Assembly: GCA_050173015.1 (NCBI GenBank)
Contig: JBFXLE010000001.1
Coordinates: forward strand, 96,001-160,000
Length of the DNA stretch: 64,000 nt
Direction of reading: 5' to 3'
DNA from: Calditrichaceae bacterium
GTDB lineage: Bacteria > Calditrichota > Calditrichia > Calditrichales > JBFXGD01
Part shown: piece by piece, positions 20,025 through 29,406 of the stretch
Layout of the letters: every line of letters begins with the position of its first letter
How positions within the stretch are numbered: the stretch's first letter is position 1
The notes under the pieces: model-generated
What the model was told of the DNA's origin: nothing
Database searches by the model: none
The model's input: only the letters and a program-made list of their open reading frames with translations
Made by a program: the position numbers and the translations under genes

Positions 20025-23000
20025 CTATTTGATAAAAACCATTTTCTTTATATCACTAAATTTTTTCGATGTCCCCGGTGTATCCGCCTCGATTCGGTAA
20101 ATATAGAGTCCGCTCGAAACCTTCACACCGGAATTGTTTCTTCCGTCCCATAACAACTTATATAATCCCGCCTTCTGTGTTCTGTTGACAAGCGTATAGA
20201 CTTCCTGGCCGAGAACGTTGTATATTTTCAAAGTCACTTTCGAATCGGTAGCCAGCTGATATTTTATAGTCGTTGTCGGGTTGAACGGATTTGGATAATT
20301 CTGGCCGAGCATAAATTGTGACGGTATGGCTATTTCCTGGATAACCGGGGAGTGATAAGTAATTTGACCGGTTATGGAAACATCAGCCAGACGGTATGAA
20401 TAGATGCCGCCGGCGGTTACCGATGTATCGGCATATTCATAAGAATGGGCGATGCTTGAATTACCCTGTCCGGGAATTTTTTCAATAAGACTGTATGAGT
20501 AATTTGTTTCATTCACATCAAGTTGACCGTCATTAATTTTTTCCAGTTCTTCAGTCAGAATAAGTTTCTTCTCGATCATCCAATACGCGTTTTCCAGCTC
20601 ACTCTCCGTTTCCCACTGAAGAATGACGCGACCATCCTGAGCGCTTGCTTTAAAGGAAGTGAGGCTGACCGGAAGTGAGGTATCATTCGAATTTGCCACC
20701 GGTGTGTTCTCAACACTGGTGTACGCGCTGTAAATCAGGTTACTGGCGATGCTGGCATTTTGAAGCCCGGCGGATTGATCGATCACGACGCTCACATTTG
20801 AACTGTTGCCGATGGTGACACTCGATGGCACGGTGATAATCAGTGTATCCGGATTGGTGGCGGTACCTGTTCTGAGTACAACGGCTTCCGCGGCGGTACT
20901 GTTGACGGTCACTTTTGAAGTGGCCGGGGTACCCTGTGTAAATGTCGCGTCATCCGGAAGCAACAGGCTGATGGTGCTGGTGCCCGAAACCAGGCGTCCG
21001 AGTGAACCGGTCTGGAAGTCATATTGATACCTGGCGATGGTGGATGGAATCGCCGGGGAAATAGTGACTGTTAAGTTGGATATGGTCGTTGTCGTGGCCA
21101 GCATGGTGTAGGCGGCTGATGTGCCATCCACCGGCTGAACGCTGGTGCGCGCCTTGAGCGTATAACTTCCAAAAATGGATGGATTCATAATGCCCGCGCC
21201 GGCAGCGAAGGCCACACTGACATAATTACTATTGGCAATCGCGTTTGGTACGGTGATTGTCACGGTACGTGTGGATGAATTTGTTGTCACCGTTGACGCG
21301 GCCGTGTAATTGGTTGGATTGGCAGCCGCTCCGTTGGCAACAGTCACATTGGAGGCCGTGATGCTGGATGGCACCAAAGTGTTGAACGGAAATGTGATGG
21401 TGATCGTACCTGAACCGGCAGAAAGAGCGCCTGAAGCCCCGACCCGGAAATTAATCGTGTTCTGTGTGGTAGCGTTTACCACATAGGACGTCAGAGTAGC
21501 GGTAATCCCGGTGACAGGTCCGGTGCTTGAAATCGCGTAAGAGTTGGATGTGATGTTGGTTGGTTCAGCGGAAGTCTTTACTTGTAAAGTATAGGTTTCC
21601 TCAACCGGATTGGTAATCGGTTTTGTGGTTCCATCCAATACGATGGAGAGATTGGCGTTGTTGCCTATAGTTACACCGGAAGGAACGGTAATGATGACAC
21701 TTTTTGAACTCACACTGATATTGGAGGCGATCGAAACAGGCGCGCCGGAATTCACAGAGATGGTGGAGTTATTGTAATTTGTCAGAGTCGTGCTTACTCC
21801 TGTGGCAGAACCGTATGTAATCGTGATGGTGCTTGTCCCGGCCAGCAGTCTCCCGTTTGTCCCGACTTTAAAATTAACCGTGTATGAGGTCGCGGCGGAA
21901 GGAACCGCCGAAGCCGGTGTCACATTCGCGGCGGTAACGGTGCTGGTCGTTTGTGTAATGCTGTATGTGGGGGATGTGAATGGTCCCGCTTCAGCGGTGG
22001 TAATGACTTTGAGTGTGTAACTGCCGACAACTGTCGGATTTATAACACCCATGGCCTGATTAAGCAGAACCGTTGACGCAGTCAGATTATTGATAGAAAC
22101 CGGTGTCTTAATGATCAGCGTATTGGTTGAAATTGTCGGATTAACGGTCGGATTGACCCCGTTAACCGTTACATCCGTTTTGCTTACGGTCGCGGGAAGA
22201 CCCGTGTTGGATGGGAATTCAATACGGATCTCATCACCGGCAATCAGGGCCCCGGTAGAACCGGTGGTAAATTTTACCGAGTATCCGGCGCTGGCGTTCT
22301 GAGTGGTCGGTGAAGGAGTGACCGAACTGACAAAAAGCGGCTGGGTCAATAAAATTGAATAGTTTCCCGACGCGCCGGTTGTATCGGCAAAAGCATTATC
22401 AGACGATGTTTTGACATTGATGTTATATGTTCCCGCGGTACTACCGTTTGTCAGGCCTGAATTTGACAAAAATTTTACGGTCGCGGCGGTACTGTTTCCG
22501 ATGGTCAATCCGTTTGGAACGGTTAACTGAACCGCGCCGCCTGCTCCGCTGCTGGTGACTGATAAATTATCACAGGGGGTGGCGTTCACTTCAACGGTAC
22601 TCGCTGTTATGGAAGCCGGTACAATGGTGCCGTTATCAAAATCGATGGTGATGGTGCTGGATCCCGCCGCGGTACCGCCGGCTAATTTACCGGTTGCTGA
22701 TGTGGTAAATCCAATGGTGTAAACGCTGTTTGCCGCGTTGATAACCGCCGGGCTTGCCGAAGCGGTTAGCCCGGTGACCTGGCCGGTTCCGCTGCTGATG
22801 GTATAGGCAGAAGAGGTAACCGGTTTTAAGTCCGCACTTGTGTTCATAACAACTTTATAATAAGTGGCGCTGGGAACGACTGGGTTAACGATACCCGCAG
22901 TGTTATAGATATCGACATCAAATGGACCGCTTGCAGGAACAGCTACGCTAACTACAGCGTTTACAGTCCTGGTGGAAGGGGAAGTTGTTACCGAAGATGG

Positions 23001-24932
23001 CTGGGCACCGTCAATCCTAACATCTGACGTATTAATGCTTGATGGGATCGTTGTACCTTCAGGGAAAATAATTGTAATATCATCTTTATAGCCTTTATTT
23101 GGGCCATTTGTAATAACTTGCAATTCCGAAGTATTAGTGATGTCAAAAGTATATCCGGAGCTGCTGTTCACCGCCGCGTTTGTCAAGGTGATCGAATTTA
23201 TGGTGATGGCTTCTCCGCCAATATTGAAAGCTGCGGAGAGCACATCTGTGGGTTCGACGCTAGTTTTTACCTTCAAATTGTAATTATCAGAGGGTGGATT
23301 TGTTATTGGATTTGTCGAGCTACCCCCAAGATAAATAACCACATTATCACCATTATTGGTGAGTACCGAAGAAGGAATGGTTATCTGAACAGTCTTTGCC
23401 GTATTATTCGGAGTGATCAGGCTGTCCGGTATAGAAACGGGCGTGCCCTGGGCTACCGTAATGGTGCTGGCATTATAATTTGACAAAGTCTCGCTTATTA
23501 AAAAGTCTGGATCATTAAAGGTAAGCGTGATCGTACTCTCTCCGGATTTTAAACGTCCCCTTGAACCAAGATTAAAATCAACGGTGTAAGCTGAAGTACC
23601 TGTTCCAGAATTCGATGGTGTGACAATCGCCTGGGAAACAGTCGTGTTTGTATTGAAAACCGCATATGGATTTGACTGGACAATGGTACGGTCTTTACTG
23701 GTTTTTAAACCGATGCTGTAATCTCCGGCGATGGACGGATTCAGATAACCGGCGGAACTGTTAAAGGCCACGGTGACATCAGAAGAATTACCGATGTTGA
23801 TAGGTGTGACGATAGCCAGTGTATCCTCATCCGTGGCATCAGCTTTTTGAACATCAATGGCATAAGCATTGTCAGAGAATCCCCCGCTTATCACTGATAT
23901 GTTTAAAGGTGACATATCTGTCGGTAAAAAGGTGTTCTGCGGAAAGATGATATAAATGGAGTCCAGAACAGCGCTCAAGCCGCCGGAAGAACCGGTACGG
24001 AAATCAAATATAAATTCACCGCCCTGATTAACCATGGCCGGTTTAGTGTCAATTGCCGTGATGGATAACTGTCCGGCAGGAGAAATGGTATATACATTGG
24101 ATATAACATCCGTGGTATCGCTGCTGGTTTTTACATTTACCGTATATGTGCCGTCAGTAGTCGGATTCTTTAATCCCGTTCCAACGGCAAATCTGGCGTC
24201 AATGGCGCCGTTGTTATCTATATCAATGGGCGTGGTAATGACAACAGTCGTATCGGTGGCGGTCGCGATGGTGGCCGTTCCGTTTATGGTCACACCGGAT
24301 AATGCCCCGGAGGGAACGGTCGTGCCCACCGGAAAAGTGATGGTAATGGTACCGGTATTGGCGATAAGCCCGCCGCCGGAACCGGTCGTGAATGACACCA
24401 GATAATCGGCCGCTTCCCCGCCAACCGAAGGATTTGGCGTCACCGCCGCGGCGCTAACCGTAGAACTGGATGAGGATATGGTATATGACATAGAATCAAA
24501 ACCCTCAATGCTGGTCCCGGCCTGCAAAGTGACATTTCCAGCGACTGCCGGATTTTTAATATTTGCGCTAACTGCGAAAGAAAGAGCAATGCCTCCCCCA
24601 CTTCTTATATACACAGGTGTGAGTATTGAAACTCTTTGTCCATGTATATCAACAATATTTGCCGCCGTATTATTTACTGTAATTGTTGAAGGTGTGATGG
24701 AAAAAGGCACAGTGGTACTTGGATCAAAAATGACGATGATGCTGTCTTGGTTAGCCGCTAAATCCTTTTTGCTGCCGTTGCTAATCGTCATGGAAATGTC
24801 ATATTGAGCGTAATTGTTGGTCTGATTTGGAGACACGGTGACGGAATTGATTTTTAGAGCGTATGCATTGCTAAAAACAAAAAGGCTCATCGCCGCCAAC
24901 ATCGCGCTTAAGTATTTTAATTTTCTTCTCAT
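20025..24932 (-). CDS. Giant secreted Ig-like repeat surface protein with T9SS CTD (paralogue 2)
   Basis: Same architecture as 14568..19487. Start placed at ATG 24932 (MRRKLKYL.. signal peptide) because the ~25 nt upstream (CATCAGGGAAGGTATAATTAAT) aligns with the RBS region of gene 1 (CATCGGGGAGGATATAATTAAA). Confidence 0.88.
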   Translation of the reverse strand: MRRKLKYLSAMLAAMSLFVFSNAYALKINSVTVSPNQTNNYAQYDISMTISNGSKKDLAANQDSIIVIFDPSTTVPFSITPSTITVNNTAANIVDIHGQRVSILTPVYIRSGGGIALSFAVSANIKNPAVAGNVTLQAGTSIEGFDSMSYTISSSSSTVSAAAVTPNPSVGGEAADYLVSFTTGSGGGLIANTGTITITFPVGTTVPSGALSGVTINGTATIATATDTTVVITTPIDIDNNGAIDARFAVGTGLKNPTTDGTYTVNVKTSSDTTDVISNVYTISPAGQLSITAIDTKPAMVNQGGEFIFDFRTGSSGGLSAVLDSIYIIFPQNTFLPTDMSPLNISVISGGFSDNAYAIDVQKADATDEDTLAIVTPINIGNSSDVTVAFNSSAGYLNPSIAGDYSIGLKTSKDRTIVQSNPYAVFNTNTTVSQAIVTPSNSGTGTSAYTVDFNLGSRGRLKSGESTITLTFNDPDFLISETLSNYNASTITVAQGTPVSIPDSLITPNNTAKTVQITIPSSVLTNNGDNVVIYLGGSSTNPITNPPSDNYNLKVKTSVEPTDVLSAAFNIGGEAITINSITLTNAAVNSSSGYTFDITNTSELQVITNGPNKGYKDDITIIFPEGTTIPSSINTSDVRIDGAQPSSVTTSPSTRTVNAVVSVAVPASGPFDVDIYNTAGIVNPVVPSATYYKVVMNTSADLKPVTSSAYTISSGTGQVTGLTASASPAVINAANSVYTIGFTTSATGKLAGGTAAGSSTITIDFDNGTIVPASITASTVEVNATPCDNLSVTSSGAGGAVQLTVPNGLTIGNSTAATVKFLSNSGLTNGSTAGTYNINVKTSSDNAFADTTGASGNYSILLTQPLFVSSVTPSPTTQNASAGYSVKFTTGSTGALIAGDEIRIEFPSNTGLPATVSKTDVTVNGVNPTVNPTISTNTLIIKTPVSINNLTASTVLLNQAMGVINPTVVGSYTLKVITTAEAGPFTSPTYSITQTTSTVTAANVTPASAVPSAATSYTVNFKVGTNGRLLAGTSTITITYGSATGVSTTLTNYNNSTISVNSGAPVSIASNISVSSKSVIITVPSGVTIGNNANLSIVLDGTTKPITNPVEETYTLQVKTSAEPTNITSNSYAISSTGPVTGITATLTSYVVNATTQNTINFRVGASGALSAGSGTITITFPFNTLVPSSITASNVTVANGAAANPTNYTAASTVTTNSSTRTVTITVPNAIANSNYVSVAFAAGAGIMNPSIFGSYTLKARTSVQPVDGTSAAYTMLATTTTISNLTVTISPAIPSTIARYQYDFQTGSLGRLVSGTSTISLLLPDDATFTQGTPATSKVTVNSTAAEAVVLRTGTATNPDTLIITVPSSVTIGNSSNVSVVIDQSAGLQNASIASNLIYSAYTSVENTPVANSNDTSLPVSLTSFKASAQDGRVILQWETESELENAYWMIEKKLILTEELEKINDGQLDVNETNYSYSLIEKIPGQGNSSIAHSYEYADTSVTAGGIYSYRLADVSITGQITYHSPVIQEIAIPSQFMLGQNYPNPFNPTTTIKYQLATDSKVTLKIYNVLGQEVYTLVNRTQKAGLYKLLWDGRNNSGVKVSSGLYIYRIEADTPGTSKKFSDIKKMVFIK

Positions 24933-25084
24933 ATTAATTATACCTTCCCTGATGGTATACCCCCCGTTATATTCGGAAATCATTGTATTTCTCCGCTTCA
25001 TTAAAAATATCCATTTCTGGCCTTACTATTTATACTCGGCACTGACTAATTGATTAATAAATTATTTTTGAATAAATCATGGTT

Positions 25085-25096
25085 AACTGGTCAATT
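25085..25096. promoter_or_regulatory. Operator-like site upstream of giant gene 2
   Basis: AACTGGTCAATT (one mismatch to the gene 1 site), 153 bp upstream of the ATG. Confidence 0.45.
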
Positions 25097-25358
25097 TTTT
25101 TGCAATTATTTTAAAAATTCTTGTTTTATGCTCAATAATTGTGAAAAAAGTAATTTTAAGAAAAAAACATAAGAATTTTCAGGGTAAATATAAGTTTTCA
25201 TAGTTTTCTGATAATTGATAAATCTCACAAATGAATCAATTCACATTAATTATCAGTATTTTGTTTTCAATGCCGGTAGCCGACTTATTTCCTTGTATCT
25301 GAAATGTGGGTATATTAGCTTAATTTTTAAGAAAATCTGTTGAATTTATAAAGCGAAG

Positions 25359-26261
25359 ATGAAATTTACAATGATAAAGTTTGCCGCGATCGATATAGGT
25401 TCAAATGCTGTCCGGCTTCTGTTTTCACAGGTATTTCCCGAATACGATCCACCGGTATTTAAAAAGATTTCCCTGATCCGTATGCCGCTCCGCCTGGGAA
25501 ATGACGCGTTTATTGATCATAAAATATCCCCGGAAAAATCCCGCAAGCTCATTCAAACAATGCAGGGCTTCAGACATTTGATTGATTCCTATGAACCTGT
25601 CGATTATATGGCGTGCGCGACTTCCGCTTTACGCGAATCAGAAAACGGCCCTGATCTTGCCATTAAAATTAAGGAACTCACCGGGATAAACATTGAAATC
25701 ATCGACGGCAAAAGAGAGGCGGAAATCATTTATTACACTCATATCGCGGAGTCATTGCAAAATAAGATCTTCTATATTTATCTGGATGTGGGCGGGGGCA
25801 GTACTGAAATCACCTTTTTTAAAAAAAGTAAAGTGACGCGGTCAGCTTCATTCAATATCGGCGCCATCCGTCTTTTAAACAATCTTGTGCCGGAGACCGC
25901 CTGGCAGGAAATGAAAATGTGGCTAAAGGAGAACGTATCCGGTGAGGAGAAAATAAATATCATCGGCAGTGGAGGCAACATTAATAAATTATACCGGCTT
26001 GCAAATCAAAAAAATGATAAACCTCTATCATATAATAAACTAAAACGTATGGAATCATATCTGAGATCATTTTCCACTGATGAACGCGTTAAGAATCTGG
26101 GATTGCGTCCGGACAGAGCCGATGTCATCATACCGGCGACAAAAATCTATTTATCCGTCATGAAGTGGGCAAAGGCCTCACATATTTATGTTCCGCAGAT
26201 AGGACTCGCGGATGGCATGATTCATGTTATATATGGGAACCACAAACCAACCAACGCTTAA
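25359..26261 (+). CDS. ppx: Exopolyphosphatase Ppx/GppA family (short form)
   Basis: AAIDIGSNAVRL, ATSALRE, DVGGGSTEI, GSGGNI and PDRADVI motifs. Confidence 0.9.
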   Translation: MKFTMIKFAAIDIGSNAVRLLFSQVFPEYDPPVFKKISLIRMPLRLGNDAFIDHKISPEKSRKLIQTMQGFRHLIDSYEPVDYMACATSALRESENGPDLAIKIKELTGINIEIIDGKREAEIIYYTHIAESLQNKIFYIYLDVGGGSTEITFFKKSKVTRSASFNIGAIRLLNNLVPETAWQEMKMWLKENVSGEEKINIIGSGGNINKLYRLANQKNDKPLSYNKLKRMESYLRSFSTDERVKNLGLRPDRADVIIPATKIYLSVMKWAKASHIYVPQIGLADGMIHVIYGNHKPTNA

Positions 26262-26282
26262 AACATAATTTTCGGATTTAAA

Positions 26283-27455
26283 TTGAATACATCTGATGTA
26301 CTGATTATAGGTGCCGGCGCGGCCGGTTTAATGTGCGCTCTTGAAGCGGGTAAACGCGGCCGCTCGGTAATCATACTTGAAAAAGCGGATAAACCGGGGA
26401 AAAAAATCAGAATTTCGGGCGGGGGACGTTGCAATTTTACCAATCTGCACACAAGTCCGGAACATTTTATTTCTGAAAATCCGCATTTTTGTAAATCGGC
26501 GCTGGCCCGATACCGGCCGGCAGATTTTATCGATTTGCTCAAGAGTCATTACATTCCTTTCCACGAGAGATTGCATGGGCAGTTATTCTGTGATGAAAGC
26601 GCGGGGCGGATTATTGAGATGTTTGAAAGTGAATTGAAAAAACAGGATGCTAAAATTATCGTGAACGCCGAAATTCAGGAGGTCAAAAAAGGCGAAGCGG
26701 GTTTTAATATTTTAACCGGGCAAGGAAACTTTTTTTGCGATTCTCTGGTCATCGCGACCGGCGGGCCGTCGATACCCAAAATGGGCGCCACTAACTATGG
26801 GGTTCACCTCGCGGAGCGATTTGGTCTTAATGTCGTTCCATTAATGCCGGCACTGGTCCCATTAACCTGGTCAGATAAGGAGAAAGATGATTTTAGTGAA
26901 CTGTCCGGCATATCAATTGACGGAGAAGTTTCGTGTAACGCCCGTAATTTCAGAGAGAAAGTATTATTCACCCACCGCGGTCTGAGCGGTCCGGCAATTT
27001 TGCAAATATCCTCATATTGGAATCCGGGAGACAGCATTTATATCAACCTGCTTCCGGATATGGATTTTCAGGAACTACTCATGAAATACCGATCAAAAAA
27101 ACAAAAAGTTGAAAATTTCCTGAGTCAGTACCTTCCAAAGCGCCTGTCACGGATTTTCTGTTTATATTTTGGGTTTTCGGGATGGATCAATGAATATAGT
27201 GAACAAGAGTTGAAAAAACTCGCAGGCACTATTCATCGCTGGGAAATAAAACCAAACGGCACCGAAGGGTACCGGACCGCCGAAGTGACCAGAGGCGGCG
27301 TTGACACCAATGAACTATCATCCAGGACAATGGAATCAAAAAAGATACCTGGATTGTATTTTATCGGAGAAGTGGTGGATGTGACAGGGCATCTCGGCGG
27401 ATTCAATTTTCAGTGGGCCTGGGCATCAGGTTTTGCGGCGGGGCAGTATGTCTAA
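26283..27455 (+). CDS. HI0933/YhiN (BaiN/RdsA)-family NAD(P)/FAD-dependent oxidoreductase
   Basis: IIGAGAAG, GKKIRISGGGRCNFTN, LFTHRGLSGPAIL, AEVTRGGV and GGFNFQWAWASG. Confidence 0.92.
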   Translation: MNTSDVLIIGAGAAGLMCALEAGKRGRSVIILEKADKPGKKIRISGGGRCNFTNLHTSPEHFISENPHFCKSALARYRPADFIDLLKSHYIPFHERLHGQLFCDESAGRIIEMFESELKKQDAKIIVNAEIQEVKKGEAGFNILTGQGNFFCDSLVIATGGPSIPKMGATNYGVHLAERFGLNVVPLMPALVPLTWSDKEKDDFSELSGISIDGEVSCNARNFREKVLFTHRGLSGPAILQISSYWNPGDSIYINLLPDMDFQELLMKYRSKKQKVENFLSQYLPKRLSRIFCLYFGFSGWINEYSEQELKKLAGTIHRWEIKPNGTEGYRTAEVTRGGVDTNELSSRTMESKKIPGLYFIGEVVDVTGHLGGFNFQWAWASGFAAGQYV

Positions 27456-27488
27456 AAAAAAGAGACGCCGGGAATCAGCGTCTCTTTT
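27454..27488. terminator. Bidirectional intrinsic terminator between convergent genes
   Basis: AAAAGAGACGC..GCGTCTCTTTT hairpin flanked by A and T tracts. Confidence 0.8.
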
Positions 27489-27506
27489 ACATTAATTAAT
27501 ACGGAG

Positions 27507-28589
27507 TTAATTGTTTTTCTTCTCAAAATCCTTCATATATCTTACCAGCGCCTCAATGGCTTCAACCGGAACCGCGTTATAAATGGAAGCGCGAATACCG
27601 CCGACTGAACGATGCCCCTTGAGACCGATCATGTTGTTCTCTATCGCGCCGGCGATAAATTTTTGTTCAAGCTCTTCGGAAGGAAGGCGGAAAGTGACGT
27701 TCATTAACGAGCGGTCTTCCTTGCGAACGGTGCCTTTGTAAAAATCGGTACTGTCAATCGCCGTGTAAAGCAGATCCGCCTTTTTACGGTTCATTGCCTC
27801 AACCTTTGAAAGTCCGCCTGAATTTTTCATCCATTCAAGTACCAGTTTTATCAGGTAAATTCCAAAGGTAGGCGGCGTATTATATAAGGAATCTTTTCCG
27901 CCGATGATTTTGTAGCTGGTCATTGTCGGAATGTTTTTGGGACTTCTCTCGAGGAGATCCTCTCTGATAATCACGATTGTGACACCTGACGGTCCCATAT
28001 TCTTCTGAGCGCCGGCATAAATCATGGCAAACTTGCTTACATCGACCTTTCTGCAATTGATATCAGATGACATATCGCAGATTAACGGAACGGAGCCGGT
28101 TTCAGGGAATTTCTGCCATTGTGTTCCGTAAATCGTGTTGTTGGAAGTCATATGCAGGTAAGATGCATCCGGGGTGAGTTTAAAGCCATCCGGAATGTAA
28201 GTGAAATTTTTGTCCTCCGAAGAGGCAATCACATTAACATTTTTACCAAGTTTTTTTGCTTCTTCGATAGCTTTTGTGGACCACGTTCCGGTGTTGATGT
28301 AGTCTGCTGATTTGCCATCGGGTAAAAGATTCATCGGAACGGCTGCAAATTGTAAGGTGGCGCCACCCTGAAAAAACAAAACTTTATACCCGTCCGGAAT
28401 TCCCATGATTTCTTTCATGAGGTTTTCCGTATCCTTGATTATTTTATCAAAAGTCTTGGATCGGTGACTCATTTCCATTACGGAAAGGCCTTCGCCCTTG
28501 TAGTTTAACAAATCACGCTGAGCTTCTTCCAAAACAGACAGTGGCAATGCTGCAGGTCCGGCGTTAAAGTTAAAAATACGATCTTTCAT
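27507..28589 (-). CDS. serC: Phosphoserine aminotransferase
   Basis: FNFNAGPAALP, MEMSHRS, DMSSD, YAGAQKNMGPSG (PLP lysine), NTPP and KGHRSVGGIRASIYNA. Confidence 0.96.
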   Translation of the reverse strand: MKDRIFNFNAGPAALPLSVLEEAQRDLLNYKGEGLSVMEMSHRSKTFDKIIKDTENLMKEIMGIPDGYKVLFFQGGATLQFAAVPMNLLPDGKSADYINTGTWSTKAIEEAKKLGKNVNVIASSEDKNFTYIPDGFKLTPDASYLHMTSNNTIYGTQWQKFPETGSVPLICDMSSDINCRKVDVSKFAMIYAGAQKNMGPSGVTIVIIREDLLERSPKNIPTMTSYKIIGGKDSLYNTPPTFGIYLIKLVLEWMKNSGGLSKVEAMNRKKADLLYTAIDSTDFYKGTVRKEDRSLMNVTFRLPSEELEQKFIAGAIENNMIGLKGHRSVGGIRASIYNAVPVEAIEALVRYMKDFEKKNN

Positions 28590-28893
28590 GACACTATTCC
28601 TCCGTTGATATAATAAAAGACCACTTGCTGATCATATGTAAGTATAATAATATACTAAGATTGCATTATAAAATGTATTTATTTTTTTATTAATCGAGCT
28701 GAATTTTACTTCTAAATAAACTGAATAATCTGAATAAAAATTTATTATATTTGCACACAAAAGGGCGTTAGGATAGATTGTTTATACCGGTCGGGAAAAT
28801 ACACATGAAAAGTAAAGAATATAAACGAACCGGATTGATAAGACACCGTATAATTTATACTATATGACTGGAAAATAAACAGAAAGGTAATTT

Positions 28894-29370
28894 ATGAATA
28901 ATCGGAATAAAGCGCTCGGATTGATTCTGATTTTTCTTGGATTTATTTTTTTACTTGATAACCTTCATATCATCAGTTTTAATTTTTTGCAAATTTGGCC
29001 CATCCTTATTATTCTCGGGGGAATTGGTTTCTGGCTCGGATTTTTCCTGAATAAAAAGAATATTTCACTCATCATACCGGGTACAATTCTGACAATATAC
29101 GGATTTCTGTTTTTTTACTGTAACTGGTTTGGCTGGCACCATATGCAGAATTTATGGCCTGTATTCCTGATGGGACCCGGAATCGGGTTTTACTTGCTTT
29201 ATTTTCTGGGGCCCAGAGAAAAAGGATTGGTTATTCCGGCTACGATTCTGACCGTTCTGGGGCTATTGTTTATACTCCGTCATCTTCAGTATGTCAAATA
29301 CTGGCCGGTGATTCTTATTATCGGCGGGATTATCATCATTTTTTTAAGAGAAAAAGATACTACCGTTTAG
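28894..29370 (+). CDS. Small polytopic membrane protein (DUF5668 / LiaI-LiaF-like WP repeats)
   Basis: GLILIFLG..FLLDNL...WPIL.I..G start with three WP-containing hydrophobic units. Confidence 0.7.
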   Translation: MNNRNKALGLILIFLGFIFLLDNLHIISFNFLQIWPILIILGGIGFWLGFFLNKKNISLIIPGTILTIYGFLFFYCNWFGWHHMQNLWPVFLMGPGIGFYLLYFLGPREKGLVIPATILTVLGLLFILRHLQYVKYWPVILIIGGIIIIFLREKDTTV

Positions 29371-29406
29371 CGCTGTCAAAACAACAATTACCGGAGTTTT
29401 TAATTT

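Larger units (their letters stand above)
14503..22820. repeat. Direct repeat pair from tandem gene duplication (about 14503-17360 and 19961-22820, offset 5457 bp)
   Basis: Near-identical sequence from the terminator through repeats 6-10 and the CTD. About 15000-16935 vs 20457-22392 appears identical by eye. Confidence 0.9.

Noticed and set aside
15349-22302. Pairs of identical short plus-strand ORFs within the giant genes
   Set aside because: They are antisense by-products of the duplicated coding sequence.
14568-24932. Diversity-generating retroelement or invertase shufflon acting on the paralogues
   Set aside because: There is no reverse transcriptase or recombinase in the window. The differences are not adenine-specific, and the repeats are direct rather than inverted.
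24933-25001. N-terminal extension of giant gene 2 predicted by the ORF track
   Set aside because: The signal peptide and the RBS region conserved with gene 1 indicate a start at 24932.
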